From Atractiella rhizophila (lineage: Eukaryota), in the NCBI GenBank assembly GCA_021432655.1, contig MU271296.1, positions 13,631 to 66,321 on the forward strand: 52,691 bases of DNA. The letters run 5' to 3'. Positions within the stretch are counted from its first letter, which is position 1. Each line of letters starts with the position of its first letter. Positions 1-12,832 of the stretch are shown in pieces. The position numbers were made by a program, and so were the translations under genes. Below the pieces are notes generated by a model that saw only the letters and a list, made by a program, of their open reading frames with translations, was not told where the DNA came from and did not search any database.

Positions 1-2487
1 GCCGCGCCAGGCTTGCAAAACGCGGAGCAGCTCGTGTTCGCTTCCAATGCAGCGCCAGCAAACGATGAAGTTAGAATGGTGTCTTCGTATGGGCACCAAT
101 GTTTGTCTCCCCTTTACCATCCTCTTCTCTCTCTCTTTCTCTTTTCTCTGTCCCACCGCCGCGATACGGGTGCTTACTCACTATGTGACGTGTTAGATGA
201 ACTCGTTACCCACGCTGCATTTCCTGAGCACCATTTGAAGTTGAAGGAACCCAAGTTGTGTGATTCGACCGTCAACCAATGGTCCGGCTACTTCGAAGTT
301 GCAGAGAAACATCACCTCTTCTTCTGGTTCTTCGAGAGCAGGTCGGACCCTACAAACGATCCTGTAAGATTTGCTCATCTATCTTTCCAGCAACGTGACC
401 TGAAATTGCTCATAGCTTGTGCTCTGGCTGAATGGTACGCGTCATTGCTCGTCTTCTTGAAGAGAAGATGCTGATGTATGGGATTCTGAAGGTGGACCTG
501 GATGCTCATCCTTCACTGGCATGTTTCAAATCCTTTCCCAAGTCGACCATAGCCTGAGAGTTTAACCAGGTCTTCTCGGTGAACTTGGACCTTGTAACAT
601 CGCGTTGGCCTTTCTTATGTCTCACCTAACTGCCTTCTTTACTAAATTCTGGCTTAGGGAAGGAGGAAACAGTACCGAATACAACCAATACGGATGGAGT
701 GTGCTTTCTCCTCTCATTCATTCCTCTTTTGATGCTCTGCGACTGTAGACGCTCACGCCAACCTCCTCTTCCTGGACCAACCCGTCAATGTCGGATACTC
801 ATGGACTGATGGAGAAGAGATCATGAACTCGTGGGAGGCGTCGGAAGACTTTTATGTCTTCCTTCAGCTCTTCTATTCCCGATTCCCTGCCCTGAAGCAG
901 AATAAATTCACGCTTGCAGGAGAGTCTTATGGCGGTACGCTCTCTCTTGCCTTTTTGGCATGCAGAAATTGACACCAGACTATCAATAGGAACATACGTA
1001 CCTACCTTCTCCAGAAAGGTGTGGGACAAGAATCAGGAGTTGGTTTGTCTTCTCCATCATATTCAATACCTATTCTCATTCTCAGCCTTGCGATAGCGAA
1101 ACATTGCCGTTCAAAATCGCCGTGAAGTGATCGAGATTCCTTTGGAGTCCATCATGATTGGAAATGGGTTAAGGTCCCCTTTTATCTTGCTTCAATATCT
1201 GAATCTCGGTTTGATTAAAGGCGTAGCGACCCATTGTTGCAAACTCGAGGGGATTGGATTTATGCTTGCCAGAGCCCTTATGCGATGTTGAATCGTACGT
1301 TCCTATTCCTCGCTTTTCAAAGAACACCGATGATGGTCTAATCGTACTTGTGGGGTAGAAACGACCTGCGACTTGATGGCAAACACGTCCCTATTTGTGA
1401 ACAGCTCCTAAAAATTTGCTACGAAAATCCCACCGAGAGGACTTGGTAAGGTTTTAACTCTTTGCAAGAAGATAGCAATTGTTCACGCTTGGTCTCACTT
1501 GTTCCAGTGGACCAGCTATCGTTTTCTGTGCTTTGTCAATCAGCATGCCCGTTTATGAGCTCAACACCAACCCATACGATGTGAGTTCAGAATGCTTCTC
1601 CTCATCGTCGATGCATTGACCACTGTTGACTGTCATATGTTTTATAGGTGAGGGAGAAATGCGACATCGTGAACAAAGGCGTTGAAGGTTTGTATCTCCT
1701 TTCACTTCTTCAATCAAAATGCTCCTGACCATAATTCATTTTATTCTGATAGACTGCGCGCACATGATGGGTCCGATAAACAATTACCTCAACAAGCCTT
1801 CAATCAAAGCTGAACTTGGAGTGCCCGAGCACGTCGGATTCACATCGTGCAACGGCAGCGTTGGAATCAACTTCCAGGGTCATTTTGACAGCTACTATCC
1901 CCACGAGAACTTGTTGATCGACATGCTCGAGGGAGGACTCAGGGTGCTTATCTATGTTGGCGAGGACGATTACATTTGTATGTATCCCTTGCTTCCTTTT
2001 GATTAGGAAGAAATGTTGAAACATTGGTGGTTAGGCAACTACGAAGGCAATAAACTGTGGATGGAGGCACTCGAGAGCAGCTTCAAGGTTCGCCGTTCCC
2101 TTAACTATGTTGAAAATAGGATAGGTCATGTTGATGTGCTGATGGTGATTATAGGAGGAGTTCAACAACGCACCTACGAGGGACTTTGTTCCCCAAATCC
2201 TGAAAGGAAAGAAAGGAAGCGTGCGAACTGCTGGTATGTCGCAGCCCCACTGTCATCTCCTAATCCTTTCGTTTGTATCACAACGGCTTACAAGGAATGT
2301 GTCTAGGACCTGGAGCGGGCAACTTCACATTCTTGACCATCGAAGAAGCTGGGCACATGGTACGCTATTGTTTTTCTTTCCCCGAATGGCAGCTGATGTA
2401 TTGGTTGGGCGAAAGGTACCTACGGATCAACCAGTTGCGAGCTTGGATATGTTGGAGAGGTGGTTGAAGAATGTGCCGCTCTATTAG
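1..2487 (+). CDS. Serine carboxypeptidase, peptidase S10 (carboxypeptidase Y-like); multi-exon, start codon lies upstream of the window
   Basis: Spliced translation gives the S10 motifs WSGY..HLFFWFFESR, LVLWLNGGPGCSS, ELGPC, NLLFLDQPVNVGYS, catalytic GESYGG (~920-935), IGNG, VLIYVGEDDYIC and AGHMVPTDQP; stop TAG at 2485-2487. Many ~50-nt introns; probable 1-nt frameshift near 1381. Confidence 0.93.
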
Positions 2488-3698
2488 CTGAGCGAGAGAA
2501 TCTGAGAGAGTCATTCCAAGAAACAGAAATGATGCCTTTCAAAAACATTGGCTCTTCAATTCTTCAATGTTGCCTAACCAAACTCATGACAATGCAACCA
2601 ATAAATCATAACCAGTGACAGCCTGCGAACATGTAAGCCATACCTTATCTCGGGTAGCTCAAAATTAAAATTATCCGTTTCGTTTCGCTGTTTAGACTGG
2701 ACCCGACGGGCGGAAATGTCTTTTCTGCACACACGGTCGAACATTCTACGCAGGTCGAAGACTTCCAAGTCCGCACAACGCCAGCGATCTCCTCGCTTCG
2801 TCCGACTCTGTCCCTCTTTGGCCGTACGGGGATACTTGTCGCCTCTCACTGAGGGGTTGGGGTCTCGACATACCCTCGGACTTGGTTGTGAACATTGGGT
2901 GTGGAAGACTAGTAGTGGATGATCGAGAGGGGTTCAGGTGGATACGGTAAGTCTTTTCGCAATCCTTGTGAGCTTTGGACTGGGGAAGTGTCTCGTCGTG
3001 TTGTTTCTGGATTATTGCTTTACTTTGCTTTTGAGCAAACGATGATTGTTCAGAAGGATTTCGAAGGGAGTAGATGTGGAGTTCAAAGGTTCCTGTCACA
3101 TGTCAGGCGTGGCAGGCCCAACTCTGCCAATCAGAGTTGACAAGCGTGTAGATCTCTTTAATTTTATGGCCAAAGAGCACAGCGACATTAGTTGAAAATC
3201 CGTATATGCAAGTCCTTCTAGCAGCAATTCTCTTGCATGTCAAAATGACCCAGTCTCAATCCTGTATGATATCCGCACCAGCGCCGAGAGCGCTGAACTT
3301 CCGGGGGTTAATGGCGTGTTTGTTTGTGATACATGGAAAGAACAAAATTGTCGTCGCAGCGAGTAGTGCAATAGACCCTGGCGCTAGACAGCTCGGCCAC
3401 CTAGTGTAGCCCAGGAATTATACAAGTGTCTGGTGGTACCATCATTTCGTCTTGAAAGGGGTGTCTGTTTGCAAGTTTTTATTTGTGGTGGTGCAATGGC
3501 CTGTTGCCTGCTTGTAAACTGTACACCTTTACGCGTGAGTGATGATGGTCACCTGAGGGCCTTGGGTTCTTCCGAGCTACCTCTCAGATATGTTTCTCGT
3601 CTCCAACGCTGACGATTTTGAATAACAGCATATAATCACAACTAATTCTCAACCACGCTCGCTACTTTCCCAATTGTCTATCGCGTCAGTGAACCGCC

Positions 3699-6600
3699 AT
3701 GGCTTCTCACCAACGAGACACGCGCACGAGCGCGCACACCTTTGCCACAGCCCGAACCTCTTCGTCTTCCCTCCTTGACACCTCCGATTTCCCCTTCCCC
3801 CTTTCCGACCAGCACCAACAAGGACATCACCCCCAATACCAACACCAGCAGCAGCCACAACAACAGCAGCACAATCCCCAGTCGTATTCTCACCTCGCCA
3901 GCGTCCCAGAGTACCAACGGGGACCAGCCTCTCCACGCACCCCGCCAGTGCTTCCTCCTTTGGCATTTGAGAAGCAGATGAGAATGGAAGAGGAGCCAGA
4001 GGTCCTCATGTCTCCGGCAACTACACAAGGCGTGCAATTCCCTACCAGCAGAGGATATAACGCCTCGAATGCGCCTGCCGCTTGGAGGGATTCGTGGGCC
4101 GAGAAGAGTGGCTCAGTACCTGGAACTCCTGGCAGTGCCGCCTATATTGGGAATCTCCAGGAGGAGGTGAGGGAGAGAAGGCAGAGCGAAGGAGAAGGAC
4201 CAGCTGTGTTCCCGTTTTATAAAATGGAACAACAGTCCGCTCTGGGATTGGGATTGGGAGTTAGCATGTGGGGACAAGATAGAAGCGAGAGTGTGAATAC
4301 CAGTGGGGCGAGAAGCATGAATGGGAGTAGAGAGAGTTCCAGACCAGGAACGGGTGACCTTCTCAATCATAGTGCCGCCGGATCTTCTTTTGGGTATCCT
4401 CCCACAACAGCTCATTCGACCGCTGCAGCAACTGCAGGTGACAGCAGATACTCGACGGGCTCGATGTCTATCTCCATGGTCTCGTCTAGGTCGTCGACTG
4501 TGGACGTCAGCGGTTGGATGACCGACGACTACCACCCTTCGTTTGACCGTCAACAATCTGTTGAAGAGAGAGCGCCAGTCGAGTCGCATCACCTTCCTTA
4601 CGATTCCCATCCACAACAATCCTTCCCACGTCAACCATCGAATGAACGCTTGCGACAGAATGCTCCACAGCCCATCGTCACTTCTGCGACATATAGCTCC
4701 GTCGCAGAGCCCATGGTTGCTACTCCTGTAGCTTCAAAAAGCAAGGCAGCTATTATCACCTCCCGCTCCGCTCCACCAGTGCCAGTGCCAGTCGCTGTCC
4801 CTTCCGTCGTGCCAGTTGCAGTTCCAGAACGTTCCTTAGCCTCACCGTCCACATTGGTAGACGATACCCATTCACTCTCTTCTCCTCCTTCTCTGGATCC
4901 AAACGGCCTACGTGCAGATTCTCCACGATTCTCACCAGCCAAAAAATCACCAATGGCTACCGCGTTCCCCCTTCCTCCTCCTCTCCAATCGCCTGCACTC
5001 AGCAACTTCTCATTTAACCCGAGCACACCTCCGAAGAGCCAGGACAACCCGCAGCGCGACGATGAGTACTACTGGAATGCCCGCAGGGCTTCAGCCAGCG
5101 AAACGCTCGAGACAGGAGAGTCGGTAGGAACTGTGACTGAGGTGCAGGCAGGGACTACGAAGCTTACAACTGCCATACCATCCGTTCTGCCTTATGGCCG
5201 CTCTAGGGAGGCATTGCGAAATCCTAACGTGGTACCTGATTTGCCCCCACCCATGCCGGCGCCACAACTGCAGCGCGGTAAAGCCGCGCCTCCAGCTCTT
5301 AATATCCGTCCTCAGCACCCCTTGGACGTTCGAGCAACGAATTCTGATTCTCCCTGGGCTTCTAACCTGTCGTTACCCAGAAACAAGAGCCTCAAGAGCT
5401 TGAGGAGTTTGGACGACGAGGATTCGTTGACGAGAGAGTTGTCAGAGGCAATTAGCAAACTCAACAAGTCGAATATAGCGGGCGATCGTGGAGCTTTTGT
5501 GGACCCTGATGATATCGGTTTGCACACGCCGGGCGCTGATGACAATTGGGAAGACAAGAAGCTCGTTCACTCGCATCCCTCTCCACAAGACGGCAAAAAG
5601 CTGTCTCCTGAATCTCCCCGCCGGTACGACTTCAGTGCGACTTCTGCTACTTTCTCCCCCGATCCGCGCGCGGAGACCTATCATCCTTTGATGAAAAAGG
5701 AACGTCCGTTCTCCGGTGAAAGCATGCAGTCCCTCCCCTATACTGCAACTCGGCGCTCCTCCTACGCTGATGGTGTGCCCAATTTCCAGAACATGCCAGA
5801 AATGCCTCCTCCACATACCCCTCAATCGAAGCTTACAGAGGGTGCCCTTGCAGACCTTCAAATCCTCTCGAGGATGGCGACCGTAAAGACACAGACACAG
5901 AAGCGGGCACATGGGAAGACATCCTCATTCTCTTCAGCGGTCTCAGTACCCATGAGTGAGTTGATCAAGCGACCAGAGAGCCTGATGTTGCGTGAAACTT
6001 CGACCACTGACCTCAATGATTCTCCTGGGAGTGGAGCAGAGAGGAAGAAATCTACGACGAAGCAGCGAAGTTCGACATCATCGAAAAGTTGGAAGGATCG
6101 CATATCATCTTGGTCCACCAGCCTTCCTCCATTTGGAATGGGCATCAAGTCAGCAGATGAGATGCAACAAGTGCGCAAGGACAGTTATCGTCGTTCTGTC
6201 ACCCGAACCGCGCTCGGATACCCTCGTCAACAGGTTGAAACAATGTCGCCAGCCATTGAAAGCGAAGACTACTTCGAGCCGCCGGATAGTGCAAGGCCAG
6301 AGAAAGGATACTTCGAAGCGAAGGTTGCTCCACAGTTCAAACTCAGCAACGCCGATGCGGAGAAGAAGAAGTCGAAGAAGAAGAAGCGGAACAGCTCATT
6401 CGACCGCTGCAGCAACTGCAGGTGACAGCAGATACTCGACGGGCTCGATGTCTATCTCCATGGTCTCGTCTAGGTCGTCGACTGTGGACGTCAGCGGTTG
6501 GATGACCGACGACTACCACCCTTCGTTTGACCGTCAACAATCTGTTGAAGAGAGAGCGCCAGTCGAGTCGCATCACCTTCCTTACGATTCCCATCCACAA

Positions 6601-9600
6601 CAATCCTTCCCACGTCAACCATCGAATGAACGCTTGCGACAGAATGCTCCCCAGCCCATCGTCACTTCTGCGACATATAGCTCCGTCGCAGAGCCCATGG
6701 TTGCTACTCCTGTAGCTTCAAAAAGCAAGGCAGCTATTATCACCTCCCGCTCCGCTCCACCAGTGCCAGTGCCAGTCGCTGTCCCTTCCGTCGTGCCAGT
6801 TGCAGTTCCAGAACGTTCCTTAGCCTCACCGTCCACATTGGTAGACGATACCCATTCACTCTCTTCTCCTCCTTCTCTGGATCCAAACGGCCTACGTGCA
6901 GATTCTCCACGATTCTCACCAGCCAAAAAATCACCAATGGCTACCGCGTTCCCCCTTCCTCCTCCTCTCCAATCGCCTGCACTCAGCAACTTCTCATTTA
7001 ACCCGAGCACACCTCCGAAGAGCCAGGACAACCCGCAGCGCGACGATGAGTACTACTGGAATGCCCGCAGGGCTTCAGCCAGCGAAACGCTCGAGACAGG
7101 AGAGTCGGTAGGAACTGTGACTGAGGTGCAGGCAGGGACTACGAAGCTTACAACTGCCATACCATCCGTTCTGCCTTATGGCCGCTCTAGGGAGGCATTG
7201 CGAAATCCTAACGTGGTACCTGATTTGCCCCCACCCATGCCGGCGCCACAACTGCAGCGCGGTAAAGCCGCGCCTCCAGCTCTTAATATCCGTCCTCAGC
7301 ACCCCTTGGACGTTCGAGCAACGAATTCTGATTCTCCCTGGGCTTCTAACCTGTCGTTACCCAGAAACAAGAGCCTCAAGAGCTTGAGGAGTTTGGACGA
7401 CGAGGATTCGTTGACGAGAGAGTTGTCAGAGGCAATTAGCAAACTCAACAAGTCGAATATAGCGGGCGATCGTGGAGCTTTTGTGGACCCTGATGATATC
7501 GGTTTGCACACGCCGGGCGCTGATGACAATTGGGAAGACAAGAAGCTCGTTCACTCGCATCCCTCTCCACAAGACGGCAAAAAGCTGTCTCCTGAATCTC
7601 CCCGCCGGTACGACTTCAGTGCGACTTCTGCTACTTTCTCCCCCGATCCGCGCGCGGAGACCTATCATCCTTTGATGAAAAAGGAACGTCCGTTCTCCGG
7701 TGAAAGCATGCAGTCCCTCCCCTATACTGCAACTCGGCGCTCCTCCTACGCTGATGGTGTGCCCAATTTCCAGAACATGCCAGAAATGCCTCCTCCACAT
7801 ACCCCTCAATCGAAGCTTACAGAGGGTGCCCTTGCAGACCTTCAAATCCTCTCGAGGATGGCGACCGTAAAGACACAGACACAGAAGCGGGCACATGGGA
7901 AGACATCCTCATTCTCTTCAGCGGTCTCAGTACCCATGAGTGAGTTGATCAAGCGACCAGAGAGCCTGATGTTGCGTGAAACTTCGACCACTGACCTCAA
8001 TGATTCTCCTGGGAGTGGAGCAGAGAGGAAGAAATCTACGACGAAGCAGCGAAGTTCGACATCATCGAAAAGTTGGAAGGATCGCATATCATCTTGGTCC
8101 ACCAGCCTTCCTCCATTTGGAATGGGCATCAAGTCAGCAGATGAGATGCAACAAGTGCGCAAGGACAGTTATCGTCGTTCTGTCACCCGAACCGCGCTCG
8201 GATACCCTCGTCAACAGGTTGAAACAATGTCGCCAGCCATTGAAAGCGAAGACTACTTCGAGCCGCCGGATAGTGCAAGGCCAGAGAAAGGATACTTCGA
8301 AGCGAAGGTTGCTCCACAGTTCAAACTCAGCAACGCCGATGCGGAGAAGAAGAAGTCGAAGAAGAAGAAGCGGAAAAAGTTCACAAGGAAACAGAAGATT
8401 ATTATCGCTGTCCTTATTGTTCTCTTGCTGATTGGTGCTGCTCTCGCTGGCATTCTTGGATTAGTAAAGAAAGGTGGCTCAAGCTTAGGCAGCGATCAAC
8501 AGTGCCAGTGCGTCCAAAATGGAGCCGATGAGAAGACCTGCTCGAAACTTGCTGAAGGAATTTTGACCAGTGTCAACACCGCTCAACGTCTCTTCCAGCC
8601 GGTGATTGATGTTAATCGACTCTCCTATGTTTTCAAAACCTACTTTAACGCACCTCCAAATGGAAACGATTGCACGGTTCAATATGACCTAATCGATCTG
8701 CCAAACTTCGCCAATTTTCCTGGTCGAGTGACCTTTGCTCAGGCCGCAATTCTCTGGGATTTCGCCCAGCAGGAATCGACGACCTCTGGCTTGAAAGAAT
8801 TTGCTGCAGGTCTGGACCTTTCTACCTTAAGGCATGATATTGTTGTTGTAGTGCTCCCAAGCTGACGACTGTTGGCAGAGATCGCATACCCGTTTCGCAG
8901 AGTCAAATTGGCACCGTCAACGCGGCTAATGCCGCGTTTCAATTTACTTCAGCTGGATTTGTATATGACTTCAAGGACCAAACGGTGATTTCCCCCACTG
9001 CAGACTGGGTCACGGACGCCTCGCCCCAAACGGCTCAGCGCACAGCAGTGCAAAATGCTGGAGTGGAAAATATCCTCAATACCCTCACCACTGCTTCCGT
9101 TGCAACTGATACGCAACGAAGCACTTCGTTGCAGCACTTCTGGATGGATACACTGGGCTTGGATCTATCGGATCTAGTTACGTTTGTCGACAACATCCAA
9201 GCTGCTGATATCGTCGTACCTTTTGACGCGAACTCCAACTTCGGCGACAAAACTTTACTCTCTCTCTCTCTAGGAACGGGATCGTTCCCGCCAGCTATAT
9301 CCTGCTATCCTGGATCTGAACTGTCACAGTCACAAATCGATACCATTAATTCGCTCGAGGCGAGCGCGTTTGGTTTGGATTCCATCAGCAGCTCAAACAC
9401 TGGGGACACTAATTGCACTTCCCGACCGTGAGTACCACCTCTACCATGTGATATTACGCTCATGAGATATTAGACTGTATGGTATTCTCAATATCCTCAA
9501 TTTGCGACAACCCTTCGTGGAGGATGACTCAAGACCAACTTTACCACGACAGGCCATTGTGTTAGAAAAAGCAGTGCAGAGCCGCGTAACGGTCCATGGT

Positions 9601-10166
9601 GCGTTCTTCTACGAGATTCAGAATCAAACTGATGGACCTCAGCTGGTGAGGTGCTTGTTGGCCTGTTGGCAGGTTCGCCGAATGGGACTCTCTCCTCGCA
9701 ATTTTCTTCCCCCAACGACTTTGGCATCTTTAACCACCTCTCCTCCATCCTATTCTCTTATCTCTCCCTAATGTCAGTAGACACTGCAAAGGCACTCGCC
9801 AACTTCGTCGTCGCAAATACCGGATCACCACCAGATGGAAGTCTTTTGGCGGCCATCAATTCGATACCCATACTTGAAGTATCCGTTTGGGGAGGAATTA
9901 AAGACTCTGATATTAATTTTGCCATGTCGTCCATCTCCAGCTCAGGTTCACTATTTTTCGGTTCCGCGAATGGGAACGTTTTCAGAAATATCACGACAAA
10001 CCTGGAAGTCGATTGGAGCAAATCCAGTACTGATCTGCAATTTGCGAGGGAGCCAGGCAAAACGAATAGCAAGTTTGAAGCGATCTGGAAGTCAGCCGCT
10101 ACTGCCAGCGATGAGGATGCCATCTTCACTTCTTTGGATCAAGCGGGTTTCGTGGTGGAAAAGTAA
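3699..10166 (+). CDS. Large uncharacterised type II single-pass membrane protein (S/P-rich disordered N-terminus, Lys-rich patch plus TM helix, Cys-containing C-terminal domain); interrupted in this sequence by a 1984-bp out-of-frame internal duplication
   Basis: ORFs 3699-6425 and 5992-8865 share ~660 identical residues; KKKSKKKKRKK is followed by hydrophobic IIIAVLIVLLLIGAALAGILGLV; in-frame joins through introns 8832-8878 (GC-AG), ~9428-9473 and ~9599-9642 into ORFs 8985-9431, 9502-9771 and 9651-10166 (stop TAA). Confidence 0.8.
4406..8375 (+). repeat. Head-to-tail direct duplication, unit 1984 bp (4407-6390 = 6391-8374)
   Basis: All ORFs recur at an offset of 1984; junction ...AAGCGGA|ACAGCTCATT at 6390/6391 with 2-bp AA microhomology; the only difference seen is A4667 vs C6651. 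Confidence 0.97.
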
Positions 10167-10579
10167 GTTGAGGTAGATGTGTTTCAGTGTTTCATTCTTG
10201 CGCGCGAGTAGATCTTTATTGTTTATATTTATTGTTTTGGGATTATTTTTCCTTTCAAACGCACATAGGGTTGTCTGCGTTCTCTCGCCGCGCACAAACA
10301 TTTCAACTTGGTATCAGTAGCAGCATTGCTATCCTCATCTGATGTAGTTCCCGCACTTTTATCCCCCCCGTTTCGGTCTTGGTTTGCTTTGTGACTTCAT
10401 CTAAGTAGCCTTTACTGCTTTGTACACCGGTGAACTCATTCATTTCATCCCTCATATCACATTGCCCTCGTACGCAACAGAGACAACAAACAAAGTACCC
10501 AGAACTGAAAGGAACGGAGATTATTTGGTGAGTGATTCGACCTAATCAACTGGAGCAAAGTGGGTATACAGTTGCACTT

Positions 10580-12832
10580 TCAGTACTGATCTGAATTCAT
10601 CATTTCTTTACCATCGCCTGAACTTGTTGGAGAAATAACGATTGGGCAAGGCCATGGCCTACCGTGATCACATTAATCATCACTCCAAGCCAAGGTGATA
10701 AGGTCTCACCTGAACATATCTGCTCCTCCAGACCAATTATGATTGAGGGCGGTCTTAGCAGATGCTGTATTCCTGGTAAGGATGTTTCCGGTGATAGTCT
10801 GTTGGCCCAATAAATCAGCTTCTTCCCAGTTTCACAAGAGTGGCGTACCTGAATAGCGAGACCACAAGCTTTCTGCACATCCTTGTTAGGAGAGTTATCA
10901 CCAACTCTCTTAAGAACATCAATACCACCCGTCCGGACGATCTCCTTCCTCAGCTCCCCCCCACCGACATCACAAAGTGATGATATAGCATATGCGATCT
11001 CCGCTTGTGCCTCTGGGACTGGAAGCGAAGCAACTGCTCTGAAAGCGGACAGGAGAGAGTCCACGACGCCTTCATCCCTCAAACGTGAGCAGATCAACAT
11101 TGTGAGCGGCATAGAGCTGAGACGAACCAGCAGCAACGAGAGCTTTCCGCGTCCCGCTCCCCCATTCCGCGGCGCTGAAACGCTGTACCGCGAAGGCAAG
11201 AGATCCAAGAGGCTCTACTTCAAGCCCTACAACTCTCGGGAGCCTCGCCAGAGCGCGAGCTGCTCCAGCTGCCAGAAGGGCACGAGCCATATCTGACCTG
11301 TACCAGATAGATCCATTCAATTTCCGCAAACAGCAGAAGAGGACGACGAAGAGACTGACGAATTAGGTCTCATGAGACATCCGACAGATCTTGCTGCCCA
11401 ATGTAGGACTCGAGGTGAATCAGAGCCGTTAAGGTAACGAACGATAAGATCGATAACTCCAGCTGCATGCCAGGTCTTCGCAATCTTAATACTCCTACTC
11501 GTCCTTGCTATGACATAAAGGTAGCTGGAAACTTCTTCTTCCATCGCAGCCGGCGGCGATGGGTTAGTGAGTGTTGCCCTCAAAGCTCCCACAATTGTGT
11601 CCACAAACCCCTTCGTGTTCATCAGCGCATCCGCCGTCGCGTCGTTGTATACCGTGTTCCCAAGTATGAAGGCAGCCTGTGTTGACGCTGCAGGGTGAGT
11701 GAAGCCGTTCGTCAACAGACAGGGTACAAGAGGAAGCGCATCAATCGACGTCGAAAGCGATTTTTGGAGTATCTGCACTATTTCCAATGTGCAACATAGG
11801 CGAGCGAGAACCCAAAGCGTCAACGTCTTGAGGACAGCTTTATGTGGCGATGTCAGGTGCGAGAGAAGGCCAGACAAGAGGTGGGATTTAACGATGGTGA
11901 GGCAGCCCGGAGGATCTTGCCTATCTCAGGTGCGTCAATCACACTCATCTCCAATAAAAGAGAATAAAACAGACGCGAGATATCCAATGGTTTGAATGAC
12001 TATCTCCAATCCCAGCCCTTCAACGCCACGAGCAATAAGTAGCGAATCAAGATTTTGCACCAACCCGGCATCTACAAACTGTTGGGCAATCTCTCCGCTC
12101 GCTCTTCCGCCAATGTCAATCTGCTCTTGGACCGAAAACAATAGTCCATCGACGACAGAATAGTCTTCCTGCTCTGAGACCGCTCTGGCTAAAGCGGTCG
12201 TAGTCACGGAGGCATTCGAACGATCTTTGAGCGTGGATTTAAGCTCCAGTTCGACACGAGTGGAAGACGACGGCTTACTTAATAAGTCGTCTCTTCCATA
12301 AATCCTGAAGCCAGCATTTCCAGCTCCAAGGACGGGGCTCAATGGGCCAGAAAGGCTCCTATTGTCACTCCCATTCCCGCTATCGATGCTCAATCCGCTC
12401 AATGCAAACGCGGTACTATCCCTCGTTTCCCTCCTGCTCGGCCCTCCGCTCTGCACGCCACTGGCACTTCGACTCGAGAAGACAGACACTGGTCTTCCCC
12501 CCGAGCCAGATGAAACCGGCCGTCCCCCCACGCCGTTCCCAGGTCCACCACCTCCAAGCTTAATGTTCGACGACGATCCTGTGGGGACCTGGCTGAAATT
12601 ATACGGGCTGAAAGGCTCGTCTGTCTCGTAAGGGTTGGTCGCGTCTTTCGGAATGAAATCCTTTCCGTTTCCGCCTCCGTACTCTTGTGATGCCGCATAG
12701 GGGTTTGAATATTGAAGGTTGACGAGTGAAAACCGGGTGCGGCCGATATCGAGCGGCGCATTTGGCTGGTGAGATTGGAATTGCTGGGAATGGGAAGAGA
12801 GAGAGGACGGGGAAGAAGGTTGAGCGTCCCAT
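10580..12832 (-). CDS. Armadillo (ARM)-repeat protein with low-complexity N-terminus; multi-exon
   Basis: Helical ARM-like repeats (AGLVQNLDSLL, AGVIDLIVRYL, HWAARSVGCLMRPNSSDMARALLAAGAARALARL, AGVVDSLLSA, GGIDVLKRV) joined through GT-AG introns; last exon RPWPCPIV...QY* stops at 10580. The start at 12832 requires a 1-nt correction (see findings). Confidence 0.78.

Noticed and set aside
4113..8453. Many antisense and alternate-frame ORFs over the large gene
   Set aside because: Shadow ORFs of a long coding exon, repeated only because of the duplication.
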